From the NCBI GenBank assembly GCA_000708835.1, contig DF237012.1:124001-188000 (forward strand): 64,000 nt of DNA, written 5' to 3'. The position numbers were made by a program, and so were the translations under genes. Below are positions 59,407 through 64,000 of the stretch, piece by piece; positions within the stretch are counted from its first letter, which is position 1, and each line of letters begins with the position of its first letter. The notes under the pieces were generated by a model, which saw nothing but the letters and a program-made list of their open reading frames with translations, was not told the origin of the DNA and did not search any database. The DNA comes from Klebsormidium nitens. Taxonomy: Eukaryota; Plantae; Klebsormidiophyceae.

Positions 59407-59959
59407 TGCTGACGTCAGCGGTACGTAGTAGGTCAAAGTGCAGGTCCTCTGTAGGAATTTCTAATTACGACAGCTCTTCTCACGTTGTTAAGGGCTGTTT
59501 CTTAGGACCGACCAGAAAGTGGCCCGTCAATCTGCTTCAAGATTTTATGGCCACCAAAGGGCAGGCTCTTTATGAAGAATGGGAGTAATGTAGTAATATA
59601 CACTTGTCTTTCGAGGGTGTTGATTTAGGGGGCAACAACTTGAAGACTCTTTCTTTGGATGCGCTTGCTAATCTGTTGGTGGGGGGCATTTGGATCTTCA
59701 AGGAAAGCTTCAGCAGGTCTTTCAAAGTACTGTTGTTATGATGCGCGTTGCTTGACCTCAAGAGCGCTCAAAGTAACGGCGGATCAAACACCCAACCTGC
59801 GCACTGCCAGTCAGCTCCGAGTTGTCAATTCATGGTCAAGCCAAGTTCTCGCGCTCGATCGAGAGTTTTTAAGCTTATATAGCTACAAATTAGTGGTGCA
59901 TGCAAGATGCTGTTAGGGTCCGCCCGCAGCTGTGTGCAGTGTGCCCCAAAACTACTGAC

Positions 59960-60570
59960 CTAAGATGGTCCACAAGTCCACGCTTTCACTTCGCCAACAG
60001 ATTGAGAACAGCAAATAATCAACGCGCTTTCAAAATGATCAGGCTCCGGATGGCCCCCGGCCTTCTGAGCTGAATTGTGGCAGCTTTTGACTGAAGCAAG
60101 TATTGCGAAGTTTGACTCTCGACTGTCCCAGGTGAGTCGGCGACTGAGGCGTTACAAGTTGCGTAGAGGGAGTGCGCTGACGTGAGTTCCAGTCCCCGGC
60201 CGGGCCTGCTAAGCGCGCGGGTGCGTCCGTTTGAGTGATATGCGACAAGTTCCCGGGGCGCACCGCCACTGAATTCAACAAACATCATAATAAGCCGAGA
60301 TAATAAGAAGGTAACCGCACTGGGACGGTAGGGTTAGTTTGATAGTTAGGGTGGGTACGGGTGCGGAGCATCTGGGTTAGGGCTTAATCTGAGTATTAGT
60401 CGAAGCTTGCTATCGTCTTTCTTGAGATTTATCGCGCCGCACGATAAATAACAGTACGAGTTGAAACCGAGCGGAGCCGGGCCGGCGTCTAGTGGACTCT
60501 GCTGATCAGTCACGACCGTGGAAGTTGAAGATGTGGACACGGCTGCATTATTGGAACTGAGCACGCACTG
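59960..60570. promoter_or_regulatory. Conserved non-coding blocks upstream of Cys-rich gene copy 2
   Basis: The blocks GTCCACGCTTTCACTTCGCCAACAG, TCCGGATGGCCCCCGGCC, GAGGGAGTGCGCTG and ACGGCTGCATTATTGGAACTGAGCACGCACTG match those at 54580-55050. Confidence 0.6.
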
Positions 60571-62018
60571 ATGATCGAAAGAGTCGGAAATCAGAAAGAC
60601 TAAGTACCTATTGCGGTTGCGTCACAGGCCGGTCCCCCGAGGTCCGCTGCACATTGTCAAATTTCTCCCTCTTGCTTTCCAAAGGCCAGCCTGTCAGTGG
60701 AGAGGCACCTAATTATACCTGAGTCGATGACGGTGTGCAAGCTAATCTGCATGCAGAATGCTTTAGAATTTGAATCACACAGGACGTCTACTGGCAGATA
60801 GGACCGTACTGTTTGGTTCATGTAACGCCATGCAGGAGTTTGTGAAGCTGACTGCAAAGAACCGGAGGGGACTGAGAGGAGGCAGCGAGGGCGAACTTAG
60901 CCCGTGAATAGTAGCCCTTCAGACTTGCGTCGCTCTGCTAGCCTTCTCCCACTGCAGCAGAACTCACAATGTGTCAGAAAAGAAGCCCGGCAGTGCAGCT
61001 ACAGCCAGGCCGGGTAAAACATCGGTAAACCAAGCCAACTACTAGTCACTTTCAAACTATGAGGAACCAGCCATCACAAATTGATCAAAACTGAGTGCCA
61101 GCTAGCACCTGCATGTATGGCAGCACCCGAGTTTCTATGCGGCTATCCGAGTCGCAGTAGCTCACTAAGGCAAAAAGGTAAGTGACCTGCAGTTTCAGGC
61201 TCGCCTCTGGATAGTCCATGCATGCACTCAGCTGCTTTTCTGTAATTGAAGAAGGGCACTAAACGTGAGGCTTCGCGTTGAGGTTTATAAGGTTACTTCA
61301 GCAGATTGCGATGCGTTATTTGGTGAAAGTCGTCCTTGAAAAATATTGTGGACATCGATTGCAGATGGGTGATACTTGAAGGCATTTCAGTATATAAAAA
61401 GAATCTTGACTACTTGACCTACGTACTCTTGTTGTCCGTATGCCGCTCTTGCCGCAGACGTATAACGGTTCACCGTCACGGATGAAGCACTAGAAATTCA
61501 ACTTTGAAGCCACCCCGTTCCTTCTGTCCTATTGTTATCACTTCCACTTTCAGTCTAGCATTTGGTCCGTCGCTCCAGAACTCCTCCTTACGGTTGTCAA
61601 CTCAAAATTCACAGTCAACAATAACCGTTCGTTGTCGGAACCAATTATAAAAACCCTCTCAACGTCCAAGCGCGATGGTTAAGACCCAAGCTACAATCTG
61701 TTCATTTCCATACGTGGGCTGCTACTGTCTAGTAAAAGAAGCCCTCGTTCTCGTATGTTTTGCCAGATCTGAAGTAGCTTACCCCAATTCTTCTGGTCGT
61801 ATCTCAACACTGTGATTCTTACTGCCAATCACGGTGGGCCAGCTGCGTCTTGGAGACAGGTCTCTTCGTTCTGTGATCAAACCGAGCGAAAAGGCTCGGA
61901 CTAATGCATTCGCTTTTACATTGCACGGCCCACATTTCACCCGCCCAGTCCGTTACAATTTAGGGATTACATAAGTTATCCAAGGTCGAGTGCAAATAGC
62001 AGGTGGGACAGACACCTC

Positions 62019-63900
62019 TCATACGTCCAGATGATCCGCCGGCGCCATCTCAACTTCCTCCGTAATCTCCCCACTCTCGTTCCTACTCCGCTCCCGACTC
62101 GACTCCGACACTACCAGCCCCGAGCTCAGGTCGCAGACGGGGCACGCGCGCGCGCCCCCTGCTAGCTCGCGCGTGCACTCTTTGCAGGCGACGTCGTGCT
62201 GGCAGGGCAGGTCGCTGGTCGCCGCGCGCGGCTTCGAGTGGCAGACGAGGCACAGGGGCTTGTCGCTGGAGGCTTTGGTGCGACCCAGAAGGCCTTCTTG
62301 GGACGTGGACGAGGACGCACCGGAATCGGGTTTTGAAGGGGACTGCAGGGAGAGAGTCTGCTGTGAGAATATGATGGGATGGAGACGATAGAGTGAGCGG
62401 TCTGATCCAATATTCAAGCTAGAAATTGCAGGGGATCTTTGCCTTTAGGCTGGATGGGAAGAAGTAGATGGAGCATCTATCTTTGAAGTTGATCTTTGGA
62501 TCATAAGACAGGCAAGGGTCAGAAAAGAACACATAGTCAGCGGTGACGGTAAGTCGGATCCAGTTACAAGACTCCCGCAAGACGAACCAGTTGCTTGCCG
62601 CTCAATCATCCCCGTCCAAGTAAGACACCCCGAAAGCTGCCTCTAGTTTAGGAAACGGAATAATCCCATCCGTCTTACGAAAAACAAAGCCCAACGTTCT
62701 TCAAAGTTATGATCAACCACTCACGGAGTCGGTTAGGTCGATGACCACGTGCGGGGGGATCCCCTCGTCGTCCTCCGCGAGCGGCAGCAGCGTCTCGACG
62801 ATGTCGCCCATCAGCGGCCGGTAGTCAGCCTCCGCCTGTACACACATGGCCGCGATCGCGGCGACCGTGCAGAGCGACTTGATAGGAAAGCGCCCGCCGA
62901 GCGCTGGGTCCGCCATCTCGAGGAGTTTGTCCTTGTTGCTTAGGTTGGGGCCCGCCTGGAGAGCGGAATCGGAACACGTGAGCGGAACGGCGAGATGACG
63001 TGCATACGACCAAAGTAAGTAATGCTTGAGGAGAAAATCTGCGGAGAGCTGAAGCGATGGAGATAGGCGATCCGCAAGACTCTGTCAACCAGCGGAAAAA
63101 ACTGGCAGCAAAAAGACAACGTAAGCTACTTGAACGGAATTTGTCAAAGCGGTCAATAAACGTTCTTACGCATCTCTAGTCAATAACGTAAACAACAACG
63201 GACATTCACGGAGGCAGAATCTTTGACAGTAAACGAAGCAAGTATTCTGCAAGGGAGGGACTTCGACCACTATTCTCTGAGCACTCCCTCCCAAGCCGAA
63301 ACGTGGGTTGTGAATTTTGTGATCACAACCGGTGCTTATACAGAAACAGCAATCCAATCAAAATTCTGGAAGATTTCGAACGGAAGATGCACCCGCCAAC
63401 TCACCCACGACACCAGGCTCTGTTCTTTGGGCGGTCGCCGGATGTCAACCGGGCGCCGCCCGGTGATGAGCTCCAGGAGCACGACGCCGTAGCTGTACAC
63501 GTCCGACTTCTCGGTCAAGTGCCCGGTCATCACGTACTCGGGGGCGACCTGCGAAGCGGCGCAGAGTGGGAGTGAGAGCAGAATTCGCGACCCGGGTCGC
63601 CCGCAAGATGAAACGAAGTGGATTGAAATTGACCGCTTCAAAAGAGAAGAGGCTCTGAGCGCAGATGCAGGAGTCAGACGAGGGAGTGGAAAGCGGGGAC
63701 TCAATTCCTTGTGACAAACGAAGACAAGCCTCCTACTATCCGAGCAGATTGAGCTGCTTGCGGCCCCTGAAATGTTGACTGGCTATGTACAGGGTTTCAG
63801 AATCGTTTGATCAACTTACATATCCGAAGGTACCCAATACGCGCGTGCTGATGTCGTCGTTGTGATTGGGCGCCAGTTTGGCCAGCCCAAAATCGGCGAC
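62019..63900 (-). CDS. RLK/Pelle Ser/Thr kinase, 3' part (exons 63900-63820, 63548-63405, 62955-62725, ~62360-62019), with a probable C-terminal RING-HC domain
   Basis: The exons read [27 protein letters not shown]|[35 protein letters not shown]...LVSW|[19 protein letters not shown]...[22 protein letters not shown]. The last exon has CLVC-x12-CQH-x3-CKEC-x10-CPVC. Confidence 0.9.
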
Positions 63901-64000
63901 CTGCAAGAGCCCAAGAAGTCCGTTTACTAAACTGGCCTTTCAAATTGCGCTATGGGTTTACGAGATCTGAACTGCTTGACTACACTCTGAAATATGAAAG

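Overview
This is eukaryotic, intron-rich nuclear DNA with GC-rich exons. A streptophyte alga such as Klebsormidium is my inference, based on land-plant-like COG7, FAS1, SerRS and RLK/Pelle genes, exon composition and a (CCCTAAAA)n tract. I assembled the gene models by hand using GT/GC-AG junctions and reading phase. In order, the window holds: the 3' end of a CRAL-TRIO/Sec14 gene (+); COG7 (-); CAF-1 large subunit FAS1 (+); cytosolic seryl-tRNA synthetase (-); a large helical protein with a C-terminal MYND finger split over three exons (+); a YjcF/ElaA-like GNAT acetyltransferase (+); two tandem plastid-targeted TPM-domain paralogs (-); a decayed stretch; two tandem paralogs of an unrecognised secreted protein with three 6-Cys C-C-CC-C-C (knottin-like) repeats (-); and the 3' part of an RLK/Pelle kinase that appears to end in a RING-HC domain (-). 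Three signals stand out. (1) The 4-exon triple-knottin-like precursor pair is hidden from the ORF track. (2) Arrays of decaying tandem copies of exon/intron junctions sit inside the introns of COG7, SerRS and one Cys-rich gene. (3) The kinase appears to be fused to a RING domain. No rRNA, tRNA, CRISPR array or intact transposon was found. No database searches were run, and identities are estimated by eye.
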